DNA of 64,000 bases, from assembly GCA_965216785.1 (NCBI GenBank), contig OZ244197.1:928001-992000 (forward strand), given 5' to 3'. The notes beneath the pieces are model-generated. The model did not search any database and had not been told where the DNA came from. It was given only the letters and a program-made list of their open reading frames with translations. Source of the stretch: Thermodesulfobacteriota bacterium. GTDB lineage: Bacteria > Desulfobacterota_D > UBA1144 > Nemesobacterales > UBA2774. Made by a program: the position numbers and the translations under genes. Positions within the stretch are counted from its first letter, which is position 1. Each line of letters opens with the position of its first letter. Below, piece after piece: positions 1-9,338 of this stretch.

Positions 1-240
1 CACCCTGCTAAACCCATACCTCTCTACAATCTCACTCCGAGTATACTCAAGCTGCTCAGGAGGAACCACGACTACAATCTCTCCTATTGAGCTGCAGCCC
101 GAGAAGCTTCTGATCGAATATGCTAAAAGAGGCTCGCCGTTTAGAGGCGCGAACTGCTTGGGTATCCCGCCCCCACCTTCACCGAACCTCTTTCCCGAAC
201 CTGCCGCCGTAATTATAACAGCTGCCTGAACGTTAGCCAC
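1..240 (-). CDS. ispD: 2-C-methyl-D-erythritol 4-phosphate cytidylyltransferase, 5' part only (runs off window)
   Basis: Manual translation from GTG at 240: MANVQAAVIITAAGSGKRFGEGGGGIPKQFAPLNGEPLLAYSIRSF; AAGxGxR..PKQF motif; follows a PIN-TRAM gene as in the usual operon. Confidence 0.9.
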   Translation of the reverse strand, partial: MANVQAAVIITAAGSGKRFGEGGGGIPKQFAPLNGEPLLAYSIRSFSGCSSIGEIVVVVPPEQLEYTRSEIVERYGFSRV

Positions 241-1252
241 GGATATCGGAAACCGCGTGTTTTCTACCCGTTTCTTTAACCTTAGAGAAGATCATTCTCC
301 CCGTCGGAGTCTGAAGAACACTTGTTACGGAGACCTGTATCTCGTCTCCCATATGTCTCTTAGCGTCATCTACTACGACCATTGTGCCGTCTTCCAGATA
401 TCCGACTCCCTGGTTATTTTCCTTCCCTTCCTTTACAACGTGTATGGTCATAGTCTCCCCCGGTAGCACTACGGGCTTAAGCGCGTTTGAAAGCTGGTTC
501 AGGTTCATGACTTTTACGTTTTGGAGTCCGGCGACTTTATTTAAATTAAAATCATTTGTGATAATGACGCCCTTTAGCTTATTTGCAAGCTCCACCAGCT
601 TTAGGTCAGCCTCTTTTATATTCGGGAAGTCGTGATTTGTAATCTTGATCTGTACGTTGGGGATATCCTGCTGCATCCTCTTCAGTACGTCCAATCCGCG
701 TCTACCGCGCACGCGTTTTATCGGCTCAGAGGAATCGGCAATGTGCTGCAGCTCCTTAATAATAAACTTAGGGATAATCATGGTGCCGTTTATAAACCCA
801 GCTTCTGCTACGTCGGCGATCCTGCCGTCGATTATTACGCTTGTATCAAGGATCTTAGTCTCGTCCGTATGTTTGGATTGCGTTCTTCCGCGTCCTCCTG
901 ACTGAACGGTTTCTTTCCCTTTTTTAAAACCCAGAGTTATGCCTATGTTGAGTAACACAAAGAAAAAAGCCGCAGAAACAAACGGAAGTGCGCTCTCGGG
1001 GATAGAAAGCCCCGACAACACGCTGTTAAGAGCAAAAAACACTATTGAAGCAGAAGCTACGCCTATTGCCGCGCCCTGGAACCCCTTGGCGCTTGTTCTT
1101 TTTAATAAACTCTCGACTCCCCATGCGAGCCCTACTGTGATCACGCCGAAAACCAGGCCCGCTATTGCGGAAACTACCAGACTGTACTCAGATTGCGCGA
1201 TTGCAAAAGCCGCTAGCGCGCCTAATACGAAAAATATAATTTTTAATATCAT
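233..1252 (-). CDS. PIN/TRAM-domain membrane protein (YacL-like)
   Basis: N-terminal TM helices, PIN motifs ILDTSVIIDGRI and TNDFNLNK, C-terminal TRAM GVGYLEDGTMVVV. Confidence 0.92.
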   Translation of the reverse strand: MILKIIFFVLGALAAFAIAQSEYSLVVSAIAGLVFGVITVGLAWGVESLLKRTSAKGFQGAAIGVASASIVFFALNSVLSGLSIPESALPFVSAAFFFVLLNIGITLGFKKGKETVQSGGRGRTQSKHTDETKILDTSVIIDGRIADVAEAGFINGTMIIPKFIIKELQHIADSSEPIKRVRGRRGLDVLKRMQQDIPNVQIKITNHDFPNIKEADLKLVELANKLKGVIITNDFNLNKVAGLQNVKVMNLNQLSNALKPVVLPGETMTIHVVKEGKENNQGVGYLEDGTMVVVDDAKRHMGDEIQVSVTSVLQTPTGRMIFSKVKETGRKHAVSDIRG

Positions 1253-1462
1253 AATCTACCTCACCTCGATCCCTGCCCCTCTTGCGTTGGTCCGGCAAAA
1301 ATAAATATATGTAAAAGCCTAAGTTTTCACAAGGATATGAAAATTGTCTATTCAGTAATCTATGAAAAACCCGACTAAGAGTGCCTTCATTATCCGGACT
1401 TACATAAATCTAATTACTTCAACCGGCAAGAGAGATAGAGAGTATTTTTTGTAAACAGCTCT

Positions 1463-1999
1463 TTAAGACTGCCCGCTGTTTACGGTCTCAATTACTTTTA
1501 CTATCTCATCAACGACTCTTAGATATTTACTCCTGCCGTATCCGGGCTCTTTGGCCCTTCCGTCTATACCTACGTCGGCAAGGATTTCTCCTGTCGTACT
1601 ATCAATCAGGGTAACCCACACCTGAACCGACATCTTTCCCTTGTCTTTAATTCCTCTAAATGCATACTCGCAATATTTACATCCCCGGACGTAGCCGCTT
1701 ACGGTGCCCCTGACAATCAAGGCTCTTTCATCAAGTTCTGCGTTATCTATAGCGCCCCGGCTTATAACCTTGAACTCGTTATCCTTGCTAAGCTCTTCGG
1801 CAACCATGCTGGCTATCTCACTGCCCGAATCATACGGTACCCATTCTAAATCAGTCTTCCTGAAATCAGGAATCACGACCACCTGATAGCTCTCGGATCT
1901 TACTTCGGGCGCCTTGTATACATTCACGTTTGTGGGCGAACAGCCCAAAAATGAGAGGAAAATTAGGATTACGCTAATATGTATCCAACTATGAAACAT
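1463..1999 (-). CDS. Lipoprotein of unknown function (DUF4410/CsgG-like fold possible)
   Basis: Signal peptide with lipobox FLGC; GGAGG RBS upstream. Confidence 0.7.
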   Translation of the reverse strand: MFHSWIHISVILIFLSFLGCSPTNVNVYKAPEVRSESYQVVVIPDFRKTDLEWVPYDSGSEIASMVAEELSKDNEFKVISRGAIDNAELDERALIVRGTVSGYVRGCKYCEYAFRGIKDKGKMSVQVWVTLIDSTTGEILADVGIDGRAKEPGYGRSKYLRVVDEIVKVIETVNSGQS

Positions 2000-2240
2000 T
2001 CCATTCCTCCTTGCATATAATCCTATATATTGTATACGAATTTGAGATTAGTAAAAGAGCCTGGGGATTTTAACTTCCGGTCGTTGCAATAAAAATTTTA
2101 TCTTACTCAAATACAGCCCTGTGGTAACGCGTAGTGCTTAGCCGGCAATAATTAAGCGCGTGGCTTGTTATTCTGTGGCGTAATTGCGTATAATGAGCTT
2201 TCAAGTATTAAGCTCTTTTTGATCGATTCGAGAAATATTA

Positions 2241-3563
2241 ATGAGTGTTTATAACCTAATAAGCTTTCTGGGAATATTCGTGCTGCTCGCTGTGGCGTGG
2301 CTTTTTTCGTCCAACAAGAGGAATATTAACTTCAGGGTAATCCTCTGGGGAATCGGGCTTCAGCTCATTTTCGGCGCGTTTGTTTTTCTTCTTCCGGCAG
2401 GGGCAAAATTCTTTTTATATCTAAACGATATAGTTGTGGTTGTACTCAACTCAGCCTCTGCGGGCGCGGAATTTGTCTTCGGTAGGCTCGCTCTCCCGCC
2501 CGGAGTCAGTAACGAGCAGGGCGAGCAGTCGCTAGGGTTTTTTCTCGCATTTCAGGCTTTCCCAACGATAATATTCTTTTCAGCACTAGTCTCCATCCTC
2601 TATTACTACAATATTATGCAGCGGGTTATAAAAGGCTTCGCGTACGTATTTACGCGCTCGATGAGGATCTCCGGGGCTGAATCACTCTCAGCTGCTAGTA
2701 ATATCTTTGTGGGCATCGAATCCACGCTAACTATTAAGCCATATCTTGATAAAATGACCCGTTCTGAGCTCTGTACTGTGCTTACGGCAGGTATGGCGAC
2801 GGTATCCTCTAATATTCTTGCTCTATACGTATTCAGCTTGCAGGACCAGTTTCCTACTATTGCAGCGCATTTAATCTCGGCCTCTATCCTCTCAGCGCCC
2901 GCTGCAGTGGTTATGTCCAAAATTCTTCTTCCCGAGGACTCCGTACCAAAAACCCTCGGAACGAATGTAAACCCTCATTATGAGAAAGAGGGCAGTTTGT
3001 TCGAGGCCGTAATAAACGGTTCAGAGAGCGGTGTAAAGCTCATAATCGGCATCGTAGCGCTCCTGATAGCGGTTCTCGGGCTTGTAGCGCTCCTAGACCT
3101 TGTAGTTGGGGGTCTCGGTGGGCACATAAACCAATTTATTGGCATAGATATCGACTGGTCTCTTAAGGGTCTTCTCGGATATCTATTCTACCCCGTAACT
3201 ATTGTAATAGGCGTACCGTATCAGGACGCTTATACAATTTCCAAAATTATAGGAGAGCGTACGATTTTAACCGAAGTCGTGGCTTACCAGGACCTTGCCC
3301 GCGTTATGGAACAAGGACAGGTCCTTCACCCGCGCTCTCCCGTTGTCACGGCCTATGCCCTATGCGGTTTCGCTCATGTGGCTTCTATGGCAATATTCGT
3401 CGGTGGAGTCGCCGCCCTTGCCCCTTCCCGGAAAAAAGATGTTGCGGGAGTAGGTCTTAGGGCGCTTGTGGCATCTACCCTGGCAACCCTGATGACTGCC
3501 TGTATAGCGGGCTTTTTCTTCAACAGTAAATCCATCTTGCTTGCTACGACCGTAGTACCTTAA
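2241..3563 (+). CDS. NupC/CNT-family nucleoside:cation symporter
   Basis: FAFQAFPTIIFFSAL, GAESLSAASNIFVG, YALCGFAH motifs; polytopic. Confidence 0.93.
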   Translation: MSVYNLISFLGIFVLLAVAWLFSSNKRNINFRVILWGIGLQLIFGAFVFLLPAGAKFFLYLNDIVVVVLNSASAGAEFVFGRLALPPGVSNEQGEQSLGFFLAFQAFPTIIFFSALVSILYYYNIMQRVIKGFAYVFTRSMRISGAESLSAASNIFVGIESTLTIKPYLDKMTRSELCTVLTAGMATVSSNILALYVFSLQDQFPTIAAHLISASILSAPAAVVMSKILLPEDSVPKTLGTNVNPHYEKEGSLFEAVINGSESGVKLIIGIVALLIAVLGLVALLDLVVGGLGGHINQFIGIDIDWSLKGLLGYLFYPVTIVIGVPYQDAYTISKIIGERTILTEVVAYQDLARVMEQGQVLHPRSPVVTAYALCGFAHVASMAIFVGGVAALAPSRKKDVAGVGLRALVASTLATLMTACIAGFFFNSKSILLATTVVP

Positions 3564-3608
3564 TAGAAACCCGATAGAGCCAATGTCCGGCCTCTTTTTG
3601 GCTAGGTA

Positions 3609-3674
3609 TTGACAATAAGTCTTACGGGCTTACATTAGAAATACGAACAACTGTTTCAAACGGTTGTTCGTATT
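3609..3674 (+). promoter_or_regulatory. Sigma70 promoter followed by 35-bp palindromic operator (putative autoregulatory site of the PsrA-like TetR)
   Basis: TTGACA(3609)-16 nt-TACATT; AATACGAACAAC-TGTTTCAAACG-GTTGTTCGTATT at 3640-3674 has perfect 12-bp arms. Confidence 0.7.
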
Positions 3675-3707
3675 AAAAATAATGTCGCCTAAGGGGGCTA
3701 GTAAGAA

Positions 3708-4391
3708 ATGAAAGAGGCTAAAACTAAAGAGAGGATATTAGATTCCGCTGAGAAGTTGTTCGCGAATAAGGGGCTGAAACACACCTCTGTCCGTGATATA
3801 ACAGGCGAGGCAAACGCGCACCTGGCAGCGGTTAATTATCACTTTCGCTCCAAAGACGGGCTCCTAAGAGAAGTGGTTCAGCGAAGAATCGTCCCGCTTA
3901 ACCGCGAAAGGCTCAGGCTTTTGGATAACGCGGCAAAAAGATACGGCAAAAAGTCCGTGCCAGTTGAAACTGCGCTGCATGCGCTCTTAGCGCCCGCGAT
4001 TAAGCTTTATTTTGAAAGGCCGCATTTCTTGAAAGTTACAGGGCAAATTGTCTCAGATCCGGATGATGAGGTTTATAAGATATTTTTACTTCATTTTCAG
4101 GAGGTGTTTTCAGGGTTTAAAGAGACATTCTCCCAATCTCTACCCCACGTCGAAGAAGAAGAGATTATGTGGCGGATCCATTTCCTTATGGGTGCGATGA
4201 TACATACATGGACCAACCACACGGGTTTGGAGACTCTCTCGGGAGGGGTATGCAGACTCAGCAACGAAGAGGAAACATTGAATCGGTTAATCGCTTTTTG
4301 CGCAGCAGGCCTTAAAGCTCCCAAATACACTCATCCCCATGAGGATAGCGGTGAAATAAATGCGGCAAAACGCTCTAAGAAAAAGGATTAA
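3708..4391 (+). CDS. TetR-family regulator, PsrA-like
   Basis: HTH ERILDSAEKLFA..AAVNYHFRSKDGL; PsrA-type C-terminus WRIHFLMGA..LIAFCAAGL. Confidence 0.88.
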   Translation: MKEAKTKERILDSAEKLFANKGLKHTSVRDITGEANAHLAAVNYHFRSKDGLLREVVQRRIVPLNRERLRLLDNAAKRYGKKSVPVETALHALLAPAIKLYFERPHFLKVTGQIVSDPDDEVYKIFLLHFQEVFSGFKETFSQSLPHVEEEEIMWRIHFLMGAMIHTWTNHTGLETLSGGVCRLSNEEETLNRLIAFCAAGLKAPKYTHPHEDSGEINAAKRSKKKD

Positions 4392-4426
4392 CGCTTGAAT
4401 TCATATGCCAATAGAGGAGAAAGAAA

Positions 4427-5656
4427 ATGTTAAAAACAGGCTCTCATGAATCAATACTTGATAATTTCGGCAGTGACTCCATAGACACCGTATCTTCGGA
4501 ATTACATGAAAATTTTATTCCCGATAACGATGCTGTCGAGCAGGATTATCTTACTGCCGAGTCTGACGACGACAAATCAGATACAAAAGAATCCATTACA
4601 GTTAAATACGAGAATATCAATCAGGAGCTGAGGCTCGTAAACGCTTATTTTAAGGAAGTTGGCACCGAGACTCTTTTAACACCGAAAGAGGAAATTGTTA
4701 TAGCGGCTAAGATTAAGGAGTGCGAGGCTCAGATCTTGAATATTTCTGAGTCCCTAACCCGAATATTGGGATATGAGATAAATGCGGATAATGGCAATGC
4801 GCTAAATGAACTGACGGAGTTTACGCACAATACCCCCTGTTCCGAACAAGATAAAGAGTCTAGGGGACGTGTTATGAGACTCGCGGCTCTTTTAGACGCC
4901 TATATCAAGTCTTCGGCACTGCTCAAAAACCGTTTTGTTAAGTCGAACCTCAGGCTCGTTGCCAGTATGGCTAAGAAATATGTTGGCCGCGGCGTACCGT
5001 TTCTCGATCTGATTCAGGAAGGAAACCTTGGGCTTATTAAGGCTGTAGAGAGGTATGATCACACCAAGGGCTTTAGATTCTCGACCTATGCATGCTGGTG
5101 GATAAATCAGGCCATGACAAGAGGGGTGTTCAACCAGACAAGGACTGTGAAAATACCGGCGTACGTACTTGAGAAAGCGGGTAAAGTGTGGACCGAGCGC
5201 GCGAAGTTCATAGAGGAAAACGGTCGTGAGCCAGAGCCCAGAGAGATCGTGAAAAAAGTGGGCATGAGTCTTGAGAACGTAAAGCAAGTACTGGAATCCA
5301 AAAATGGGAACAACATGGTCTGTCTCGATTCCCCCGTGTGGAAAGGAGAAAGAGCAACTTTCATGGACTACATGGAAGACTCGGTTTCACCTCCCGTCGA
5401 TTCATTGATAGACGAAGTTTCAATTCCCGAATGCGTAAAAGACGCGCTATATTTACTTGATGAAAAAGAGCGGGAGATAGTTGAAATGAGATTTGGTATC
5501 GGAAGCGATGCTGCATGCACGCTTGATGAAATCGGAAGAAAGTTCGGTCTGACCAGAGAGAGGATCCGGCAGATAGAAAAGAAGGCTCTTAAAAAAATAC
5601 GGGACTCCGAGTCGGCCCCCGCCCTTAGAAGCTTGATTGACGCTTCTAATAACTAG
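4427..5656 (+). CDS. Alternative group 2-like sigma70 factor (RpoD/RpoS family, no typical region 1.1)
   Basis: Region 1.2 YFKEVG..LLTPKEE, region 2 NLRLVAS..DLIQEGNLGLIKAV..FSTYACWW, region 4 TLDEIG..TRERIRQIE. Confidence 0.9.
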   Translation: MLKTGSHESILDNFGSDSIDTVSSELHENFIPDNDAVEQDYLTAESDDDKSDTKESITVKYENINQELRLVNAYFKEVGTETLLTPKEEIVIAAKIKECEAQILNISESLTRILGYEINADNGNALNELTEFTHNTPCSEQDKESRGRVMRLAALLDAYIKSSALLKNRFVKSNLRLVASMAKKYVGRGVPFLDLIQEGNLGLIKAVERYDHTKGFRFSTYACWWINQAMTRGVFNQTRTVKIPAYVLEKAGKVWTERAKFIEENGREPEPREIVKKVGMSLENVKQVLESKNGNNMVCLDSPVWKGERATFMDYMEDSVSPPVDSLIDEVSIPECVKDALYLLDEKEREIVEMRFGIGSDAACTLDEIGRKFGLTRERIRQIEKKALKKIRDSESAPALRSLIDASNN

Positions 5657-5730
5657 TAACACGGATAACCCCGGCCGCGCGCGCCTATATAACGATTTTC
5701 AGGATATTTATAAATATTTGAAAAAACCTC

Positions 5731-5774
5731 TTGACAATAAATTCTACGGTGATATTATTTTACTGACTGGTCAA
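5731..5774 (+). promoter_or_regulatory. Sigma70 promoter with NemR-box-like operator
   Basis: TTGACA(5731)..TGnTATTAT; TTTACTGACTGGTCAA at 5759-5774 matches 12/16 of the E. coli NemR box TAGACCGACTGGTCTA. Confidence 0.65.
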
Positions 5775-5866
5775 CTATAAAGGCCGGTCAAGAAATTAAG
5801 ATTTTTGGCTGGCTTTTGTTTTGTAGTAATATAGGAGACAGGTAAAACGAGCTATTAAGGTGAAAT

Positions 5867-6487
5867 ATGGGCCGTACAAGTGATGCAAAAGAAAAAATAA
5901 TAGAAAGCGCAATGGAGCTCATCGGTTCAAGAAGCTATAACGCAGTAGGCGTGCAGGAGCTTTGCGAGCATGCGGGGGTAAAGAAGGGCAGCTTTTATCA
6001 TTTTTTCCCTTCAAAGAGAGAGCTTACAATAGCGGCTCTCGATCAAACGTGGTCGATGTTTAAGACCGAGTTCTTAGATCCTATATTTACCTCCGATATG
6101 ACTGCTGAGGAAAAATTGAACACGCTCCTTCGGAAATCACACGAATACCAGGTGGCTTCAAAGGATTGTAAAGGCTGCGTTACAGGATGCGCAATGGGAA
6201 ATCTTGCGCTAGAGCTCAGCACACAGGACGAATCCATTAGAAATAAAATTGAGGAGATATTCGAGGAATGGACTAAGTATTTTGAAAATCTTGTTTCTGA
6301 CGGTATAGAGGAAGGGTATTTCCCGTCCGATACTGATATTAGGTCTACATCTCAGGCTATGCTCGCATACATAGAGGGGATTTACCTCGTCGGAAAGACG
6401 TTTAACGACCCCGAGCTTATAAGTCGTCTGAGCGAAGGTGTTTTACAACTCTGTATAAAGCGAAAGAAGGTTAAGCAAACGGTATAA
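5867..6487 (+). CDS. TetR-family regulator, NemR/ComR-like, Cys-rich
   Basis: GVQELCEHAGVKKGSFYHFFPSK HTH; GCAMGNLALELS motif; CKGCVTGC cluster. Confidence 0.88.
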   Translation: MGRTSDAKEKIIESAMELIGSRSYNAVGVQELCEHAGVKKGSFYHFFPSKRELTIAALDQTWSMFKTEFLDPIFTSDMTAEEKLNTLLRKSHEYQVASKDCKGCVTGCAMGNLALELSTQDESIRNKIEEIFEEWTKYFENLVSDGIEEGYFPSDTDIRSTSQAMLAYIEGIYLVGKTFNDPELISRLSEGVLQLCIKRKKVKQTV

Positions 6488-6527
6488 GATCACCGGTCCG
6501 GAAGCCATATATTTTTTTGGCAACCAA

Positions 6528-6543
6528 TAAACCGACCGGTCAA
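6528..6543 (+). promoter_or_regulatory. Second NemR-box-like operator upstream of the ECF sigma gene
   Basis: TAAACCGACCGGTCAA, 13/16 to the NemR box and near-identical to the 5759 site. Confidence 0.6.
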
Positions 6544-6574
6544 CTAAAAAGAAAATAAATAGGAGGTATTAACG

Positions 6575-7264
6575 ATGTATCAAAAAAATACTCGCAGCGA
6601 AAAGCCACTTCCCGGGTTAAACATTATTGAAGGCGGTGCCCTAGGTTTTCCAAAGGATATTTCAGAATACAAAGACGAAGAGCTTATCGAGAGTTTTGTG
6701 AGCACTCAGGATGAAGAGGCATTCAGTGAGCTCGTAAACCGTTACAGCGATAAAGTCTATAGGCTTGCTTACAGGATTACGGGCGATCCGACCGATGCTG
6801 AGGAAGTACTTCAGGAAGTATTTATAATACTGGTCGAAAAGCTTGGTACATTCCGCTCAGAGTCTAAATTCTCAACCTGGCTCTACAGAGTGGCTTCCAA
6901 TGCAAGCTACATGTTTTTAAGAAGCGGGAAGAAATTCCAAAATGGCAGCCTGAGCCTTGATGACTACAAGCCCTATAACGATTACGGCGTACTTGAAGGT
7001 GTTGAGGAAAAAGACTGGAGCGCGACTCCCGATTACCAGCTCCTAAGCCGTGAGGGAACAGAGAAAATCGAGAAGGCTATAAACGAGCTGCCCGAAGACT
7101 ACAGGGTTGTTTTCCACATGAAAGACGTGGAAGGCCTTACAAGTAAAGAGATTGCTAAAGCGCTTGGGCTTTCGCTTCCGGCGGTAAAATCCAGAGTACT
7201 CAGGGCAAGGTTGTTTTTAAGGGACAGACTCTCGGATTATTTCTTTGAAGCGGGAGAGGAATAA
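6575..7264 (+). CDS. ECF sigma factor
   Basis: DAEEVLQEVF, FSTWLYRVASN, EIAKALGLSLPAVKSRVLRAR. Confidence 0.92.
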   Translation: MYQKNTRSEKPLPGLNIIEGGALGFPKDISEYKDEELIESFVSTQDEEAFSELVNRYSDKVYRLAYRITGDPTDAEEVLQEVFIILVEKLGTFRSESKFSTWLYRVASNASYMFLRSGKKFQNGSLSLDDYKPYNDYGVLEGVEEKDWSATPDYQLLSREGTEKIEKAINELPEDYRVVFHMKDVEGLTSKEIAKALGLSLPAVKSRVLRARLFLRDRLSDYFFEAGEE

Positions 7265-7289
7265 TCTCTATTTTCTTAGCGCGTTCTTT

Positions 7290-7610
7290 TTACTTGGCCG
7301 CTTCTTGTAGAATCGGGCCGAGCTCCCCGCTTAGGTCCATTTCAACGCATATGTCGCAGCCGCCGACGAACTGCCCGTCTACGTATAGCTGCGGTATGGT
7401 GGGCCAGTTTGAGAACTCTTTTATTCCTTGGCGTATTTCAGGGTCCTCCAGTACGTCTACAGCTTCATAATCCACTCCGTGTGAATTAAGTATCTGTACG
7501 ACTCTTGCGGAAAAACCGCACTGCGGCATGTCCTTAGTGCCCTTCATATACAAGATCACTTTATTCTGCTCTATTTGTGAACCTATTTTGTTCTTAATAT
7601 CTTCTGACAT
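7290..7610 (-). CDS. grxD: Monothiol glutaredoxin Grx4
   Basis: KGT..PQCGFS and [12 protein letters not shown] motifs. Confidence 0.96.
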   Translation of the reverse strand: MSEDIKNKIGSQIEQNKVILYMKGTKDMPQCGFSARVVQILNSHGVDYEAVDVLEDPEIRQGIKEFSNWPTIPQLYVDGQFVGGCDICVEMDLSGELGPILQEAAK

Positions 7611-7667
7611 TTCTCCCTCCTGATACTTTATTAATATGTTATATAGAAGATAGGTAAATAATCGGTC

Positions 7668-7904
7668 TTATTTCATATTGTTCCACTGCTCGGGTGTATA
7701 GGTCTTAAGTGAAAGAGCGTGAATCCTCTCTTTCATAGCGTCGCCCAGCACCTTATACACTAACTGGTGTCTTTCGAGCAGCGTCTTCCCCTCGAAATCC
7801 TCTGAAACTATCACTGCGTCAAAATGAGTACCGTCTCCTTCAACGCTTACTTCCGCCCCCGACATGCCGCCTTCAATCATCATCTGTATCTCTTTTGGTT
7901 CCAT
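7668..7904 (-). CDS. BolA/IbaG family protein
   Basis: GDGTHF, RHQLVY, IHALSLKTYTP; adjacent to grxD. Confidence 0.93.
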   Translation of the reverse strand: MEPKEIQMMIEGGMSGAEVSVEGDGTHFDAVIVSEDFEGKTLLERHQLVYKVLGDAMKERIHALSLKTYTPEQWNNMK

Positions 7905-8019
7905 GGCGTTTAGTATAAATGCTTTTTGTTTCCTTTCAAGGAGTTAGCGGTGTCAGGGGATTGCGATTTAACAGTTCGGGCGGTTGTCTAATAGATAAAG
8001 CGAGCCTATAATTTCACAT

Positions 8020-8229
8020 ATGAATATCAAGACTCTGGCCCTTATTCTAATAGCCATACTTATAGTAGTCGGTTTCTTCAAGTTTTTAGGTTATCAAAAG
8101 GAAAAACACGCGGGCTCTTCTAACTATCTCCAAGAGTCGGTAAATGCGGTGAAGAATGTGGAAGCTATGCAGGATGAAAGAGAAAAAACCATCCAGGAGC
8201 ATGAACGCGAGCTCGAAAACTGGGAATAG
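8020..8229 (+). CDS. Small single-TM protein with coiled-coil tail
   Basis: Hydrophobic N-terminus, charged C-terminus; TTGTCT-17-TATAAT promoter 7 nt before the ATG. Confidence 0.65.
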   Translation: MNIKTLALILIAILIVVGFFKFLGYQKEKHAGSSNYLQESVNAVKNVEAMQDEREKTIQEHERELENWE

Positions 8230-8312
8230 ATTAATTCCGCTGTTTGCACCCGCTTAATACTTAGGTAGCCTTCCAGAATCAGTAACCCCCATAGCGCTCA
8301 GGAGGAATTATA

Positions 8313-8762
8313 ATGAAAGTTAGTGAGATCATGTCTTCTCCCGTGAAAACCCTAAAAGGAGACAAAACGCTGGAGCAGGCCGCTCAGCTCATGCTTGATA
8401 GCAGTATTGGGGGAGTCCCGATAGTAGATGATGACGGCAAACTTATAGGTATGGTGACAGAATCGGACTTTTCAGCAAAAGAGCACGCCATTCCGTTCTC
8501 CAGGGTCTACGCCCCGCAGCTGTTCGGTAAATGGATGTCCAAAGAAGGTGTCGAAAAGGCCTATGAAGCGGCCCGTAAAATAACTGTAGATAAGATCATG
8601 AGCTCCCCTGTTGTTACTGTAGAAAAGGAAGATACGGTTGCCGAGGCGGTAAGGAAAATGCTCGAGTACCGTATTCACAGGATAGTGGTTACGGAAGATG
8701 GTATCCCCGTAGGTATAGTCTCTAGACACGACCTCCTGAAATTAGTCGTTAAAGATATATAG
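8313..8762 (+). CDS. CBS-pair protein
   Basis: Two CBS repeats ([18 protein letters not shown]; GIVSRHDLL); GGAGG RBS. Confidence 0.92.
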   Translation: MKVSEIMSSPVKTLKGDKTLEQAAQLMLDSSIGGVPIVDDDGKLIGMVTESDFSAKEHAIPFSRVYAPQLFGKWMSKEGVEKAYEAARKITVDKIMSSPVVTVEKEDTVAEAVRKMLEYRIHRIVVTEDGIPVGIVSRHDLLKLVVKDI

Positions 8763-8778
8763 GACCGAGTTCCAGAAC

Positions 8779-9150
8779 ATGAGCAGGTTCGGTGTAAGCC
8801 CGGAGAAAGAATCAGCGCTTGAAAAAAAGATGGCAGAGCTCGGTATTCGTGAGCAGGATATCGAAGAAAAGTTCACCCGCTCGGGTGGCCCGGGCGGTCA
8901 GAACGTTAACAAGGTCGCAACCTGCGTTCAATTAAAACACATTCCGACTGGTATAACCGTAAAAGCCCAAAAAGACCGCACCCAGGGTGTAAACCGGTTT
9001 TTGGCCAGACGCTCTTTGCTCGAAAAATATGAAGGGCAGGTCCTTGGCATAAAGTCTTCGGAAGACAAAAAAATAGATAAGATCAAAAAGCAGAAGCAAA
9101 GAAGAAAAAGACGCTCGAAAGCAAAGGCCCAGTCTTGTACTGACGCTTAA
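8779..9150 (+). CDS. Release-factor-like peptidyl-tRNA hydrolase (ArfB-like)
   Basis: [16 protein letters not shown] motif and basic C-terminal tail. Confidence 0.85.
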   Translation: MSRFGVSPEKESALEKKMAELGIREQDIEEKFTRSGGPGGQNVNKVATCVQLKHIPTGITVKAQKDRTQGVNRFLARRSLLEKYEGQVLGIKSSEDKKIDKIKKQKQRRKRRSKAKAQSCTDA

Positions 9151-9249
9151 ATATCATTACTGTCACCATATTTAATAACGCTCAACTTTAATATAATTCC
9201 TCCCCCTTTTCAACACAGTGAAAAACCTTAGGTACCTTATTATAGTGGG

Positions 9250-9293
9250 CTTATTGACATTGTTAGCAATAAGGGCTAACAATTATCAATAAG
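9250..9293 (+). promoter_or_regulatory. Long inverted repeat overlapping a TTGACA promoter upstream of the giant surface-protein gene
   Basis: CTTATTGA-C-ATTGTTAGC-N7-GCTAACAAT-TA-TCAATAAG; TTGACA at 9254. Confidence 0.55.
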
Positions 9294-9338
9294 TACTAAT
9301 CCATTCTTGATTTCCGGTTTTAAAGGAGGGTAGTTTCA

